Part shown: positions 32,176-43,161 of the stretch, piece after piece
Position numbering within the stretch: position 1 is the first letter of the stretch
How the letters are laid out: each line of letters begins with the position of its first letter
Assembly (NCBI GenBank): GCA_964615335.1
Contig: CAZTMT010000001.1
Location: 68,248 to 132,247 of the forward strand
From: an uncultured Clostridia bacterium
GTDB lineage: Bacteria > Acidobacteriota > Blastocatellia > HR10
DNA length: 64,000 bases
Direction of reading: 5' to 3'
Program-made: the position numbers and the translations under genes
Notes under the pieces: model-generated
The model's database searches: none
Seen by the model: only the letters and a program-made list of their open reading frames with translations
Told to the model about the DNA's origin: nothing

Positions 32176-32916
32176 TTATCCTGAGGGCATGAAGTAGATG
32201 AAGAATTCCTTGTTCCCTTCGCCTCCGGGGATGGGAGATTCCATCACGCCCGCGCATCGAAGGGAGAGATTCTGCTCGGCGAACTGACGGATCTCTTCGA
32301 TGACGCGCCGATGCTTCTCGGGGTCTCTCACGATCCCCCCTTTGCCCACTTCCCGGCGTCCCACCTCGAATTGCGGTTTGATCAAGGCGAGGATCGCTCC
32401 CGAAGGTTTCAGAAGCGCACGGGCCGCGGGCAGAATCTTCCGGAGCGAGATGAACGAGACGTCAATGGTGATGAGATCGAACCGTGTGGGGAAGTCCTCC
32501 GGCGTGAGATACCGCGCGTTGACGCCCTCGCGGACCTGAACGCGCGGATCCTGTCGTAATCGCCAGTCCAGTTGGCCGCGCCCCACATCCACGGCGTACA
32601 CAAGACGCGCGCCATGCTGGAGGAGGCAATCGGTGAAGCCGCCGGTCGAAGCTCCGATGTCCAGGCAGACTGATCCGGCGACGGGGATTTCGAAGGTGCG
32701 CAGCGCGGCTTCCAGCTTCATCCCGCCGCGGCTGACGTATCGCAGCGGAGGGCCCTGGACCTCAATGCGCGCCTCTTCGGGGATACGCTGTCCCGGCTTG
32801 TGCGCCCGCTGGCCATTGACGAAGACCTGTCCGGCGAGAATGAGCGCTTGCGCGCGCTCGCGCGTCGAGGCGAGCCCTCGACGGACGAGGAGCCGATCAA
32901 TTCGTTCGCGCCCCAT
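32176..32916 (-). CDS. tlyA: TlyA-family rRNA 2'-O-methyltransferase
   Basis: S4 RIDRLLV, YVSRGGMKL, LDIGASTGGFTDCLLQ, DVSFISL, LIKPQFE, GNKEF. Confidence 0.95.
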   Translation of the reverse strand: MGRERIDRLLVRRGLASTRERAQALILAGQVFVNGQRAHKPGQRIPEEARIEVQGPPLRYVSRGGMKLEAALRTFEIPVAGSVCLDIGASTGGFTDCLLQHGARLVYAVDVGRGQLDWRLRQDPRVQVREGVNARYLTPEDFPTRFDLITIDVSFISLRKILPAARALLKPSGAILALIKPQFEVGRREVGKGGIVRDPEKHRRVIEEIRQFAEQNLSLRCAGVMESPIPGGEGNKEFFIYFMPSG

Positions 32917-34510
32917 CGCTGGGATGATCGAGCCGCAGGCGATGTTCCCGGTTCGCCAGGCGCCAGGCCGTCGCGAAAATCAACCGCCCGATGCGCGCCA
33001 TCTTCTCGAAGTCAATCTTCTCGACATCGTCCGTGGGGCGGTGATAGTCCTCGTGCAGTCCGGTGAAGTAGAAGATGACGGGGATGCCCCGGGAGGCATA
33101 GTTGTAATGATCGCTCCGGTAGTAGAGGCGCTGCGGATGATCCTCGCGATTGTATCGGTAGTCCAGGACGAAGCGTTCGGTGTCGCGGTTTGTCTGCTCG
33201 CTCAGCTCGTGCAGCTCTCGGCTCAACTTATCCGAACCGATCAGATAGAGCGTATTCGCATCGGAGAGTTCGCGATTGGCCGGATGGGTATCATTGGGAG
33301 CGCGCGTGCGCCCCACCATGTCCACGTTGAGATTGGCGACGATCGCGCTCAAGGGGACGGTCGGATGGGAGACGAAGTATTTGGACCCGAGCAAGCCCAC
33401 CTCTTCGGCCGTGTGGAAGATGACGAGGATCGAGCGCTTGGGGCGTTCGCCTATGGTGAAGGCCTGGGCGATCTCCAGCACGGTCGCCGTTCCCGAGGCA
33501 TCGTCATCGGCCCCGTTGTAGATCTGCCCATCGCGCGTCTGGAGATGATCGTAATGCGCGCTGAGCAGAATGTATTCGTTCCGTCGCTCGGGATCGGATC
33601 CGTCCAGGATCCCGATGACGTTACTCGCCGATTGCTTCTGCGTCTGGAAAGCCAGAGTCACCGAGGCTGTCAGGCCGAGCGGTTTCGATTCGGGGAGTTC
33701 CGACGAAGCGGAGAGTTGTTCGAGCGTGAGCCCGAGCTTCCCCAGCACGTCCTGCGCCAGGCGCGTTCCGGCCACAAGCACGGGGAAGGAGGAGGCTGAG
33801 CGCGCATCCTCTTCGGCCAGAGAGATGCGTGGCGCCGAGATCCCGGCGAACCCGCGTCCTCCCATGGGATCGGCTGTCGAGCGGATCAGAAGGATGCCCG
33901 CCGCTCCGTGCGCTCGAGCCGTCTCGATCTTGCGCTGGACCGTGTACTCTTGCGGGCTGAGCGTCCGCCCCTCCCGTGTGAGCGAGGGAAGACCTGAGGA
34001 CAGCGCGACGACCAACTTCCCCCGGGCATCCACTTTCGCATAGTCATCGTATCCCCAGTCGGGAAGCGAGACGCCGAATCGAACAAAGAGAAGTTCAGCT
34101 TGAAGGTGCGTCGGTCCTGTTCCCCCGAAGACGACGAAGTCCGATCCGTAGCTGTACCGTTGTGTTCCCGTCGGCGCGATCACTTCCAGAAAGCTGTGAT
34201 CCGGAAGCAACTGCCTCACGACGATGTCAAACGTCTGGAAGAACGAGCCGTCGGCCGCTCCTCCGCGAAAGCCATAGCTGCGCAATCGCGAGGCCAGATA
34301 GCGGGCCGCAATGTGAATCGAATCGCTCGCGACGTATCGCCCGCCGAGTTCGTCCGAGGCGAGAAATTCGACATGGCTCCGCAGTTCGGCCGGGGTGATA
34401 CTCTCCATCGCGGCAGGCGAAGGGAGAGGGAGCGTCCCGAGCGCTCGGGATCCCGTCCCCACAGCCAGCAGCACGAGGATGAGGGCGAAATGGCGTATCC
34501 GGTAGCGCAT
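32897..34510 (-). CDS. Exported M28-family aminopeptidase with PA domain
   Basis: Signal peptide; FLASDELGGR, LSAHYDH, NGADDDASG, HTAEEVGLLGS, NLNVDMVGR, RSDHYNY, DYHRPTDD. Confidence 0.92.
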   Translation of the reverse strand: MRYRIRHFALILVLLAVGTGSRALGTLPLPSPAAMESITPAELRSHVEFLASDELGGRYVASDSIHIAARYLASRLRSYGFRGGAADGSFFQTFDIVVRQLLPDHSFLEVIAPTGTQRYSYGSDFVVFGGTGPTHLQAELLFVRFGVSLPDWGYDDYAKVDARGKLVVALSSGLPSLTREGRTLSPQEYTVQRKIETARAHGAAGILLIRSTADPMGGRGFAGISAPRISLAEEDARSASSFPVLVAGTRLAQDVLGKLGLTLEQLSASSELPESKPLGLTASVTLAFQTQKQSASNVIGILDGSDPERRNEYILLSAHYDHLQTRDGQIYNGADDDASGTATVLEIAQAFTIGERPKRSILVIFHTAEEVGLLGSKYFVSHPTVPLSAIVANLNVDMVGRTRAPNDTHPANRELSDANTLYLIGSDKLSRELHELSEQTNRDTERFVLDYRYNREDHPQRLYYRSDHYNYASRGIPVIFYFTGLHEDYHRPTDDVEKIDFEKMARIGRLIFATAWRLANREHRLRLDHPSDGARTN

Positions 34511-34734
34511 AGCCTCACTCCTTCCCGTATGGTCCTTTGCTCTCCATCACAGGGACGATATTATAAACGAGGGGGGAGGAACACGGGAGATCTCCGGGAC
34601 GGAGGCTCATTTTTTCCTCGACTTTTGAGGATCGGCCTTCCGTCTAAAGGATATGCGGATCACGCGAGCGAAGTCGCGGAGATTCGGGAGTTTTCGATCG
34701 GCGGGAGGAAGCGGCCTTTTCGGAGGGTCAGCCG

Positions 34735-35310
34735 ATGAGCGCGCGGGGGATCGAAAGCGGAAGCCTGGGACTGAGCGATGAGCAGATCGTCGAGCGGACG
34801 CGCAATGGAGAAGCCGAGGCCTTCGGCGCGCTCGTCCGGCGGTGGGAGGGTCGGATCTACGCCCTCACCCTGCGGATGCTCGGCCATCCCGAAGATGCGC
34901 GCGAGGTGACGCAAGAGACGTTCCTGACGGCATTCTGCAAGCTTCACCAGTTTCGCGGGCGCGCGCGTTTCTCCTCCTGGCTCTATCGCATCGCTCTCAA
35001 CTGTTGCTACGATCGGCTTCGGGAGCGTCGCGTGAATCCCGTCCCCCTGCAGGAGGCTGAGAACATCGTGGCCGAGGAGAAGATCCTCAGCCAGATTCAG
35101 AGAAAGCAAGTGGCCGAGCGCGTGCGGCGCGCCGTAGAGGCTCTGCCCCTGGAGATGCGGCAGGTCATCCTCTTGAAGGAATACGAAGGATTGACGTTCG
35201 AAGAGATCGCTGAGATCCTGGATATTCCGGTGAGCACGGCCAAGACGCGCCTGTACGCGGGATTGGATCATCTTCGAAAACGCTTGGAGCGTTTGAAGGA
35301 CGCTCTCTGA
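34735..35310 (+). CDS. ECF-type RNA polymerase sigma factor
   Basis: DAREVTQETFL, FSSWLYRIALN (region 2); LKEYEGLTFEEIAEILDIPVSTAKTRL (region 4). Confidence 0.95.
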   Translation: MSARGIESGSLGLSDEQIVERTRNGEAEAFGALVRRWEGRIYALTLRMLGHPEDAREVTQETFLTAFCKLHQFRGRARFSSWLYRIALNCCYDRLRERRVNPVPLQEAENIVAEEKILSQIQRKQVAERVRRAVEALPLEMRQVILLKEYEGLTFEEIAEILDIPVSTAKTRLYAGLDHLRKRLERLKDAL

Positions 35311-35334
35311 GTACTCTCTTTGGAGAAAGGGCGT

Positions 35335-36024
35335 ATGAGGGAGGAGAGAGAAGAATCCGCCGTGTGCTCGATGCGCGAGCACCTGGTCAGCTATCTCTAT
35401 GGGGAGCTGGCCCCGGAAGAAGCCCGTGACTTCGAGGCGCACCTGAAGGTCTGTTCGCCGTGCGCGCGCGATCTGCAGGACTTTCGCCGCGTGCGAGAGG
35501 CGCTCGCTGAGTGGCAGATCGAGGCGATCCCTTCACGGCCCAGGGAGATCGCCCGGTCGCGCCTGGGGGACGCGTGGCGGGCGCTCTGGCGCACGCTGCC
35601 CTGGTGGGGACGCGTGGCCTTCGCCGGTCTGTGCGTCCTCTTCGTGCTGGCTCTCTTCAACGTGCAGGCGGAGTGGCAGCCGGGCGGAGGCTTTCGATTC
35701 CGCGCGAGTCTCCTGCCGGCGCGTTCGGAGGAGGGGGTCCGTCCGGCGAGCGGAACAGCGCGCGAGCGCGAGGAGCTGCTCGCCCTTGTGGAGGGGATGA
35801 TCCGCGAGGCCGAACGGCGTCAGCAACAGGTGCTGGCCGAGCGTCTGAGGGAGCTGAACGAGCGCCTGCGTGAAGAGCAGCGGGAGACGCTCGCCGAGTT
35901 CACCCGAAGCCTGGATGCGCAGCAGCGCACTTATTTCGCCGCGCTCCTGCGTGAACTCGAACGCCGCCGGTATGGAGCCCTGACGCTCGCCGATCTCTTT
36001 TTCTCGGGGAACGATGGGAACTGA
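35335..36024 (+). CDS. Zinc-binding (zf-HC2/ZAS) anti-sigma factor
   Basis: LVSYLYGEL...FEAHLKVCSPC (HxxxCxxC), single TM, coiled-coil periplasmic tail; directly after the ECF gene. Confidence 0.9.
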   Translation: MREEREESAVCSMREHLVSYLYGELAPEEARDFEAHLKVCSPCARDLQDFRRVREALAEWQIEAIPSRPREIARSRLGDAWRALWRTLPWWGRVAFAGLCVLFVLALFNVQAEWQPGGGFRFRASLLPARSEEGVRPASGTAREREELLALVEGMIREAERRQQQVLAERLRELNERLREEQRETLAEFTRSLDAQQRTYFAALLRELERRRYGALTLADLFFSGNDGN

Positions 36025-36054
36025 GATTCGATGATAGCCCATATGGGAGGAAAT

Positions 36055-36624
36055 ATGCTGAGGTCGTTTGTCATCGTCCTCGTGATCCTTGGGGCTGGAG
36101 GGGGATCTCTGCCGGCGTTCGCGCGCCAGAGCAGAGAGCGTGATCCGGCAGCCCTCGCTCGTCCCCTGCGCCGCCCCAGCATTCAGGAACCGGCTCCGTC
36201 TGCTGGCGTTCAGATCCCCCGACCCGGTCAGATTCTGCTCACCCGATTGGCCATCCTTCGCCTGCTGAACCTGACGCCGGAGCAACAGCGGCGCATCCGG
36301 GAGGTTCGCGCTCGATACGCTGCGCAACTGGAGCCCTTGCGGCAGCAGGTCGAGGAGCGTCGCGATGCGCTGCGAGAGGCCATCTATGGGGAGTCTCTGG
36401 ATCCGGGTCTGGTGGAGCAGCGGCTCCGGGAGTTTCTGGAGAAACAGGGGGCTCTCGTTCGCCTGGAGACACAGTTGGAGATCGAATTCCGCCAGATCCT
36501 GACGCCGGAACAGCGGGCGAAGTTTCGCGAGATCCAGAGCGAGGAGCTGAACATCCGACGGATGCGCCGCGAGCTACAGGAGCGCGAAAGGCGCTTGCGC
36601 GAGCGGCTTCGGCGCGGGTCCTGA
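36055..36624 (+). CDS. Spy/CpxP-family periplasmic protein (LTxxQ motifs)
   Basis: Signal peptide; LNLTPEQQRRI and ILTPEQRAKF motifs. ATG 36055 with GGAGG RBS. Confidence 0.88.
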   Translation: MLRSFVIVLVILGAGGGSLPAFARQSRERDPAALARPLRRPSIQEPAPSAGVQIPRPGQILLTRLAILRLLNLTPEQQRRIREVRARYAAQLEPLRQQVEERRDALREAIYGESLDPGLVEQRLREFLEKQGALVRLETQLEIEFRQILTPEQRAKFREIQSEELNIRRMRRELQERERRLRERLRRGS

Positions 36625-36753
36625 GCGCCACTTTTCTTCGGGCCTCTGCTGGGCTCAGACGCCGTCTTTCCTCAAGGCGAGCTGCCGCGTCTCCGAAGGT
36701 GATCCCCTAACTTGACGCTGCGGGAGAACATCGGTGATATTTTTAAGTCGCCG

Positions 36754-37521
<768 letters not shown>

Positions 37522-37557
37522 CGCGTCGGTCATGACTTGGGCGCGAGGAGGCGCTTT

Positions 37558-38667
37558 ATGGCACGGAAGAAGGTCACGCTCGCCGATTTGAAGGTGGGGA
37601 TTCTTGTGCTCGCCTCGCTGGTCTTTCTGATCCTCATGATCCTGACGGCCAGTGGGGGGATCACGCTCTTTGAAGAAGAGTTCATCGTCAAGGCGCGCGT
37701 CGCCGAGGTGGATGGGCTCATTCCGGGGAATGAGGTCCGGTTGGCCGGATACCGCATCGGGAATGTGAAGGAAGTTCGGTTCGCGCCGGAACTGCCCTCC
37801 CGACCTGAGGATCCCAATACCGTCGAGATCGTCATGCGCGTGGATCCGAAGATCGCGCGCGAGCGCATTCGTTCGGATTCCGTCGTGACGCTGGGCTCGA
37901 TCGGCCTTCTTGGGGATAAGGTCGTCGAGATCACCCCCGGGACGAAAAACGGCGCGCCCATTCAGAGCGGGGCCTACTTGCGCAGCACTCCGGGGACCAA
38001 CATTCGGAAGATCATCTCCGGGGTGGATCCCTTGATCGCCGATCTCACCGACACGGCGGAGCAGATCAAACGTCTGGTCGCGCGCGTCAATGAGGGGGAG
38101 GGAACGCTCGGCCGACTCATCCGCGATCCGAAGCTCTATATGGATATTGACCGAACGGTTCTGGAAGCTCAGGAGTTGGTCCGTCAGATCCGGGAAGGAG
38201 AGGGGACGATCGGGAAGCTCATCACGGATCCCACCCTGTACGCCGACTTGAAACGAACCGTGACCCGATTGGAACAACTCACGCGCGACCTGCGCGAGGG
38301 GCAGGGGACGATCGCCCGACTCATTCGCGAGCCGGAATTTTACGAGAAGCTGGATCGCGCGGTGACGCGCCTGGATGAGATTTCGGCGCGCATTGATACG
38401 ATCGCAGCGCGCATCGAGCGAGGCGAGGGAACCGTCGGACGACTGATCAACGATCCGACAGTGCACGAAGAGGCGAAGGCGACCCTGAGCAACCTCCGGA
38501 ATATCACGGCGCGCATAGAAAGTGGCGAGGGGACATTCGGCGCCCTGGTGCACGACCGCCAGCTCTATAACAACCTGAACGCGCTCTCATCGGAGCTGGT
38601 GCGCCTGATCTACGATTTCCGACAGAATCCGGGACGGTTCCTGCGCATCAAAGTCTCTCTCTTCTGA
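37558..38667 (+). CDS. mlaD: MlaD/MCE-family protein with long helical repeat region
   Basis: N-terminal TM, MCE domain (GLIPGNEVRLAGYRIGNV...SIGLLGDKVVEITPG), five GEGT repeats, YDFRQNPGRFL tail. ATG 37558. Confidence 0.9.
   Translation: MARKKVTLADLKVGILVLASLVFLILMILTASGGITLFEEEFIVKARVAEVDGLIPGNEVRLAGYRIGNVKEVRFAPELPSRPEDPNTVEIVMRVDPKIARERIRSDSVVTLGSIGLLGDKVVEITPGTKNGAPIQSGAYLRSTPGTNIRKIISGVDPLIADLTDTAEQIKRLVARVNEGEGTLGRLIRDPKLYMDIDRTVLEAQELVRQIREGEGTIGKLITDPTLYADLKRTVTRLEQLTRDLREGQGTIARLIREPEFYEKLDRAVTRLDEISARIDTIAARIERGEGTVGRLINDPTVHEEAKATLSNLRNITARIESGEGTFGALVHDRQLYNNLNALSSELVRLIYDFRQNPGRFLRIKVSLF
38095..38559 (+). repeat. Five G[EQ]GT-[LIVF]-G/A-x-L-x-x-[DE] repeats in the MCE helical region
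   Basis: Repeat starts at 38095, 38197, 38299, 38422 and 38524: spacings 102, 102, 123, 102 nt (34, 34, 41, 34 aa). Confidence 0.9.
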
Positions 38668-38739
38668 ATGACGCGAAGGAGACGCTCCTGAGCGCGGAGG
38701 AGTCGCTTTCGCTCAGCGAGTTTCTTCGGGAGGACAACT

Positions 38740-39789
38740 ATGCGCACACTGAGAGGGAAGTGGATGGTCAGTCTGCTTGTGGTCGGATTGGCGATTCTCG
38801 TCGGCGTGCTCGGCTGTCGCCGACAGTCGGAGGAAGCGGCGTTTGAGCCGGAGATCTTACCTCTGCCGGAGGGACTTCCGGGATATGAGGCGATGAAAAT
38901 TCCTCCGGATAATCCCATGACGCCGGAGAAGGTGGCTTTGGGACGGCAACTCTTTTTCGACAAGCGGCTGAGCGCTGACGAATCGCGCTCCTGCTATTCC
39001 TGTCATCTCAACGAGAAAGGACTGAGCGACGGATTGCCCACGTCCATTGGGGCGCTCTCGAAGCGCTTGCCTCGCAACAGCCCGACGCTCTGGAACATTG
39101 GGTATCACCACGAATTCTACTGGGATGGACGGGCGCCGACGCTGGAGAAACAGATCATGGCCGCGTGGACGGGGGGGAACATGAGCGCCAAGCCCGAGGA
39201 GATCGCGGCCAAGCTCAATCGGATCGAGGGCTATCGTCGGCAGTTCCGCCGGGTCTTCGGCACCGATGCCACACCGGAGGCGATCGTCAAGGCCCTGGCC
39301 GCCTATGTGCGCACCATTATCGGAGGGAAGACGGCCTGGGATCGCTGGCGCGCTGGCCAGGAGAACGCTCTGAGCGATGAAGCCAAGCGCGGATGGGAGG
39401 TCTTTCAGCGAATCGGGTGCACCAATTGCCATGATGGGCTCCTCTTCACCGATCTCCAGTATCACAACGTGGGGATCGGCATGGATAAGCCGGAGCCCGA
39501 TTTGGGGCGGTATAACGTCACCAAGCAGGATCGGGATCGCGGAGCCTTCAAGACGCCGACGCTTCGAGATGTCGCCCGATCGGGCCCGTATTTTCACGAT
39601 GGGAGCGTGGCGACGCTGGAAGAGGCCGTGGATATTATGCTGGCCGGAGGAAAGCCTAATCCCTGGCTGGATCGCGCGAATTTGAAGCCGGCTCGCATCA
39701 CGCCCGAGGAGCGGCGCGCGCTTCTGGCGTTCTTGCGTTCGTTGACTGAGGAGGGGGAATTGAAAGAGCCGCCGCTGCCCCAGAAGTGA
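38740..39789 (+). CDS. Di-haem cytochrome c peroxidase (CCP/MauG family), probable lipoprotein
   Basis: Lipobox-like VLGC; LGRQLFFDKRLS, CYSCH, RNSPTLWN, FYWDGRA, CTNCH, FKTPTLRDV, PYFHDGS. Confidence 0.93.
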   Translation: MRTLRGKWMVSLLVVGLAILVGVLGCRRQSEEAAFEPEILPLPEGLPGYEAMKIPPDNPMTPEKVALGRQLFFDKRLSADESRSCYSCHLNEKGLSDGLPTSIGALSKRLPRNSPTLWNIGYHHEFYWDGRAPTLEKQIMAAWTGGNMSAKPEEIAAKLNRIEGYRRQFRRVFGTDATPEAIVKALAAYVRTIIGGKTAWDRWRAGQENALSDEAKRGWEVFQRIGCTNCHDGLLFTDLQYHNVGIGMDKPEPDLGRYNVTKQDRDRGAFKTPTLRDVARSGPYFHDGSVATLEEAVDIMLAGGKPNPWLDRANLKPARITPEERRALLAFLRSLTEEGELKEPPLPQK

Positions 39790-39830
39790 GGAGCGCGCGG
39801 GGCCGTCCCCTGAGGAAGCGCCGGGTCTCT

Positions 39831-41066
39831 TCAGCTCAGCAGGCCGAAGCGTCGGCCGACCACGCGGAAGGCCTCCAGCGCGCGATCCAGATGCTCGCGC
39901 GTATGCGCGGCTGAGATCTGCGCGCGCAATCGGGCTTCGCCGCGCGGGACGACAGGATACCACAGGCCCTTGATGTAGACTCCCTCCTTGAGGAGCGCCT
40001 CGCTCATCTCCATCGCCAGAGCCGCTTCGCCGAGCATGATCGGAACGATCGGATGAGTGCCTTCCAGAATCCTGTAGCCCAGATTTCGAATCTCCCGGCG
40101 GAAATAGGCGGTGTTCTCGCGCAGCCGCTCGATCAGGGACGTGTCATTCATCAGGATGTTCAGGGCCTCCAGCGAGCCCGCGACGACGGCCGGAGGCATC
40201 GTGTTGGAGAAGGTATAGGGGCGCGACTTCTGCCGCAAAAGCTCGATCAGCTCGCGCCGACCGGCGATGAATCCCCCGCAAGCGCCTCCGAGGGCCTTCC
40301 CGAATGTCCCGGTGATAACGTCAACCTGTCCGAAGACGCCCAGTTCTTCGGCCGTCCCGCGCCCGCGCTGACCGAGCACTCCCGTCGCGTGGGAATCATC
40401 CACAAAGAGCAAGGCCTCGTGCTGTCGTGCCAGGGTGACCAATTCCGGCAGCGGGGCGAGATCTCCCTCCATCGAGAAGACCCCATCGGTCGCGATGATC
40501 TTAATGCGATAGCCCTCGCTTTCATCGGCCTGCAGCATCTCGCGCAGTCGCGCGACATCGCGATGGGCGTAGATCTTCGCCTCGGTCGTGCGCGCGACCT
40601 GGCGGCAGAGGCGAATGCCGTCAATGATGCTCGCGTGATTGAGCTGATCGCTGTAGATGACGTCCCGATAATTCTGCAGGCCGAAGTCGTTGGCCAGCAG
40701 TCCCACGAAGAAAGCCTCGTTGGCCGCGAAGCAGGAGGAGTGCAGCACGGCATCCTCGCAGCCGACGAATTCGGCGATCTTCAGCTCCAACTCCCGGTGG
40801 ATCTTCTGCGTCCCGCAGATGAAGCGGACTGACGCCAGGCCGTATCCGTATTCGCGCAGGGCGCGGAGAGCGGCCTCCTTGACCCTGGGATGGTTGGAGA
40901 GCCCCAAGTAATTGTTGGAGGCGAGCATCACGACTTCGCGCCCATCCACGCGCACGACCCCGCCCTGCTCGCTCTCCAGTGGGACTTCCCACTTGTACGT
41001 CTTGCTCTCTTTGATTCGTTCGATCTCCTGCGCGATGAGCCTGTAGAGTTCGCGCGTCGTCGCCAT
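39831..41066 (-). CDS. kbl: Glycine C-acetyltransferase (2-amino-3-ketobutyrate CoA ligase)
   Basis: [69 protein letters not shown]; downstream of tdh. ATG 41066. Confidence 0.93.
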   Translation of the reverse strand: MATTRELYRLIAQEIERIKESKTYKWEVPLESEQGGVVRVDGREVVMLASNNYLGLSNHPRVKEAALRALREYGYGLASVRFICGTQKIHRELELKIAEFVGCEDAVLHSSCFAANEAFFVGLLANDFGLQNYRDVIYSDQLNHASIIDGIRLCRQVARTTEAKIYAHRDVARLREMLQADESEGYRIKIIATDGVFSMEGDLAPLPELVTLARQHEALLFVDDSHATGVLGQRGRGTAEELGVFGQVDVITGTFGKALGGACGGFIAGRRELIELLRQKSRPYTFSNTMPPAVVAGSLEALNILMNDTSLIERLRENTAYFRREIRNLGYRILEGTHPIVPIMLGEAALAMEMSEALLKEGVYIKGLWYPVVPRGEARLRAQISAAHTREHLDRALEAFRVVGRRFGLLS

Positions 41067-41118
41067 ATCGGCCTCCTGAACGATCTTCCCGCCCGAAGGC
41101 TTCGCGCGGGCCACGGGC

Positions 41119-42282
41119 TCACCCGGAGAAATCCTCCGGATTCGGTGTGAAGATGAGCTTCATGGCCTGGCCCGAGAGCAGCGTCTGAAAAGCTTCCTCA
41201 TATTCGCTCAAGCGATACGCGCGCGGAGCGACGAGCCAGGTCAATTTCTCTTTGAGACCCATCCGATCGCTTCGCAGCAGCTTCAGCATCGTCTCCCATG
41301 TGCCGAACAGGCGCCGGCCAAAAACGCCTTTGATCGTGACGCCCTTCCACACGACCGAGTGAGCGAAGTCAAAGAGGACGGGCTCTCGGGGGATGCCGAG
41401 CAGCACGACCGTCCCTCCGTTTCTCACCAGTTCGAAGGCATCGCGATAGGCCGAGGGAGATCCGGACATCTCCAGGACGACGTCCACGCCCTGAGCTTCC
41501 TTCTCCCTCCGGCGCACGTCACGATAAAGCTCGTGGACCGGTTGGTTGACATCGAAGCAGACATCAGCTCCAAAGGCTCGGGCCAATTCAAAGCGGTGCT
41601 CGACATCCACGCGCTCGGTGACGTAGATGCGCGCGGCTCCGTAGATGCGCGCCAGAAGCGTCGCCATCAATCCGAGCGGCCCGAGCCCGAGGATCGCGAC
41701 GCTCTTGCCTCCCACCTCGGCCACTTCGATCGTGTGCACGGCGTTTCCCAGAGCGTCCAGGAAAGCTCCCAGGCGAGGGGGGATCTGCGAGAGATCGCCG
41801 TGTTTTCCGAGCAGGATCACGTTGCGCCGGGGGACGACGACATATTGCGCGTAGCACCCATCCAGATGCACGCCCTTCACGCGCACGTTCATACAGATGT
41901 GCTCGTTCCCCGTTCGGCAGAGGGCGCAGTGCCCGCACGGGATATGCATCTCCGCCGTCACGTAATCGCCTTTCTCCACGATGATGTCCGAGTGCAGGCC
42001 CCAGGACTGAAGCGTCTCCGCGTCTTCCCCCACCTCTTCGACGATGCCGCAGAATTCGTGGCCGATGATGATGGGGCGGTAGGCCTCCGGGCGTTCGAGA
42101 TACCGCTGCATCTCTTCGATGATCGCGGGATTCTTCGTGCTCAGATAAATGCTCTTATCGGTGCCGCAGACAGAAGCCGCGAGAACTCGGATCTTCACCT
42201 CCCCATGCCCGACTTCGGGTTCCGGCACATCGGCCCACGTCAGCCCATCCGTATGCAGATCGTTTTTCTTCAAGCATTCCAT
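41119..42282 (-). CDS. tdh: L-threonine 3-dehydrogenase-like Zn-dependent dehydrogenase
   Basis: [65 protein letters not shown]; operon with kbl. ATG 42282. Confidence 0.88.
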   Translation of the reverse strand: MECLKKNDLHTDGLTWADVPEPEVGHGEVKIRVLAASVCGTDKSIYLSTKNPAIIEEMQRYLERPEAYRPIIIGHEFCGIVEEVGEDAETLQSWGLHSDIIVEKGDYVTAEMHIPCGHCALCRTGNEHICMNVRVKGVHLDGCYAQYVVVPRRNVILLGKHGDLSQIPPRLGAFLDALGNAVHTIEVAEVGGKSVAILGLGPLGLMATLLARIYGAARIYVTERVDVEHRFELARAFGADVCFDVNQPVHELYRDVRRREKEAQGVDVVLEMSGSPSAYRDAFELVRNGGTVVLLGIPREPVLFDFAHSVVWKGVTIKGVFGRRLFGTWETMLKLLRSDRMGLKEKLTWLVAPRAYRLSEYEEAFQTLLSGQAMKLIFTPNPEDFSG

Positions 42283-42322
42283 GTGCCCGCGCCGCCCCTG
42301 CGGGATTCGCACTGCCCAGTAA

Positions 42323-42351
42323 ATTATAGTGGGGGGCACCGGAGAAGCCAA
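42323..42351 (-). promoter_or_regulatory. Candidate sigma70 promoter of tdh-kbl
   Basis: Minus strand: TTGGCT (42351-42346), 17-nt spacer, TATAAT (42328-42323). Confidence 0.55.
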
Positions 42352-42433
42352 TGGAGATCGCACCCCCACGCGGGGGGCAAACTTTCAAAAGGAAAGTCGG
42401 CCAGCAGGTCCTGCAAGGTGCGCATGCTCGCTC

Positions 42434-42838
42434 CTATAGGGACAATCCTTTTTGCGCCAACTTTTCGCGGACAAAGGCTCGAATTCGCCCGGCGATCTCC
42501 ATCGCCCTTTGTGTTTCCTCCAGGTCCGGTGTGTAGGGTTCTTCGCCATACCGAAGAGCCGTGGCGTATTTGGTCAGCTCACGGGCACCCCATTCTTTCA
42601 ACACCCGAAAGGAATCATCTATTTCGGCGCATAAATTGACCAAGGCCTGGATATTGTGGCTTCGAGGATGTTCTCGACCATGAAAGATAAGGAAGGCTTT
42701 CAGATACTTCTCGGCGCACTGCTGCATGTGGAAGCATATCACCCAGGTGATGGGACGATCGGAAGTCATCAGAAGCCTTCCGGCCTCGAAGTCATCTTCT
42801 GCCCGTTGAATCCACATCCTGACGGACTCTTCGTTCAT
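42434..42838 (-). CDS. HEPN-domain protein (MNT-associated)
   Basis: WIQRAEDD, CFHMQQCAEKYLKAFL, HPRSHNI, YATALRY; ATGA-coupled to the upstream nucleotidyltransferase. Confidence 0.9.
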   Translation of the reverse strand: MNEESVRMWIQRAEDDFEAGRLLMTSDRPITWVICFHMQQCAEKYLKAFLIFHGREHPRSHNIQALVNLCAEIDDSFRVLKEWGARELTKYATALRYGEEPYTPDLEETQRAMEIAGRIRAFVREKLAQKGLSL

Positions 42839-43158
42839 ATTTCAATCCCTTCCTTGAGGACGTAATACGTCAAATAGCCGGTGTTGTTTGCTCGCTCTCG
42901 GACAATCTCCTCGGACTGAACGAAGACATCGGCCCAAATGCCTTCGTCGGCCAGCCGCCCGCTGATGCGATCGGCGATTTCCCAACGGATCTTCGCCGGC
43001 GCATTCGCATCGATGATTACGTAGAAATCCCAGTCGCTATCGGGCTGCGCCTCGCCGCGAGCTCGACTCCCGAAAAGCAGAATGCGCTGCACCTTGTAGC
43101 CGGTGCTTTCCACTTCCTCTCGGATGATCCGTTTGGCCTTCTGCAAGATCTCTGTCAT
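42835..43158 (-). CDS. Minimal nucleotidyltransferase (MNT)
   Basis: ILLFGSRARGEAQPDSDWDFYVI (GS + DxD), WADV; 107 aa. Confidence 0.92.
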   Translation of the reverse strand: MTEILQKAKRIIREEVESTGYKVQRILLFGSRARGEAQPDSDWDFYVIIDANAPAKIRWEIADRISGRLADEGIWADVFVQSEEIVRERANNTGYLTYYVLKEGIEI

Positions 43159-43161
43159 CGT

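Noticed and set aside
32176-32916. TlyA as a haemolysin or virulence factor
   Set aside because: Motifs are those of the S4 + FtsJ-like rRNA methyltransferase; nothing in the context supports a toxin role.
34587-34596. GGAGATCTCC palindrome upstream of the ECF gene
   Set aside because: GAGATCTC-type words recur often in coding sequence across this window, so it is probably compositional.
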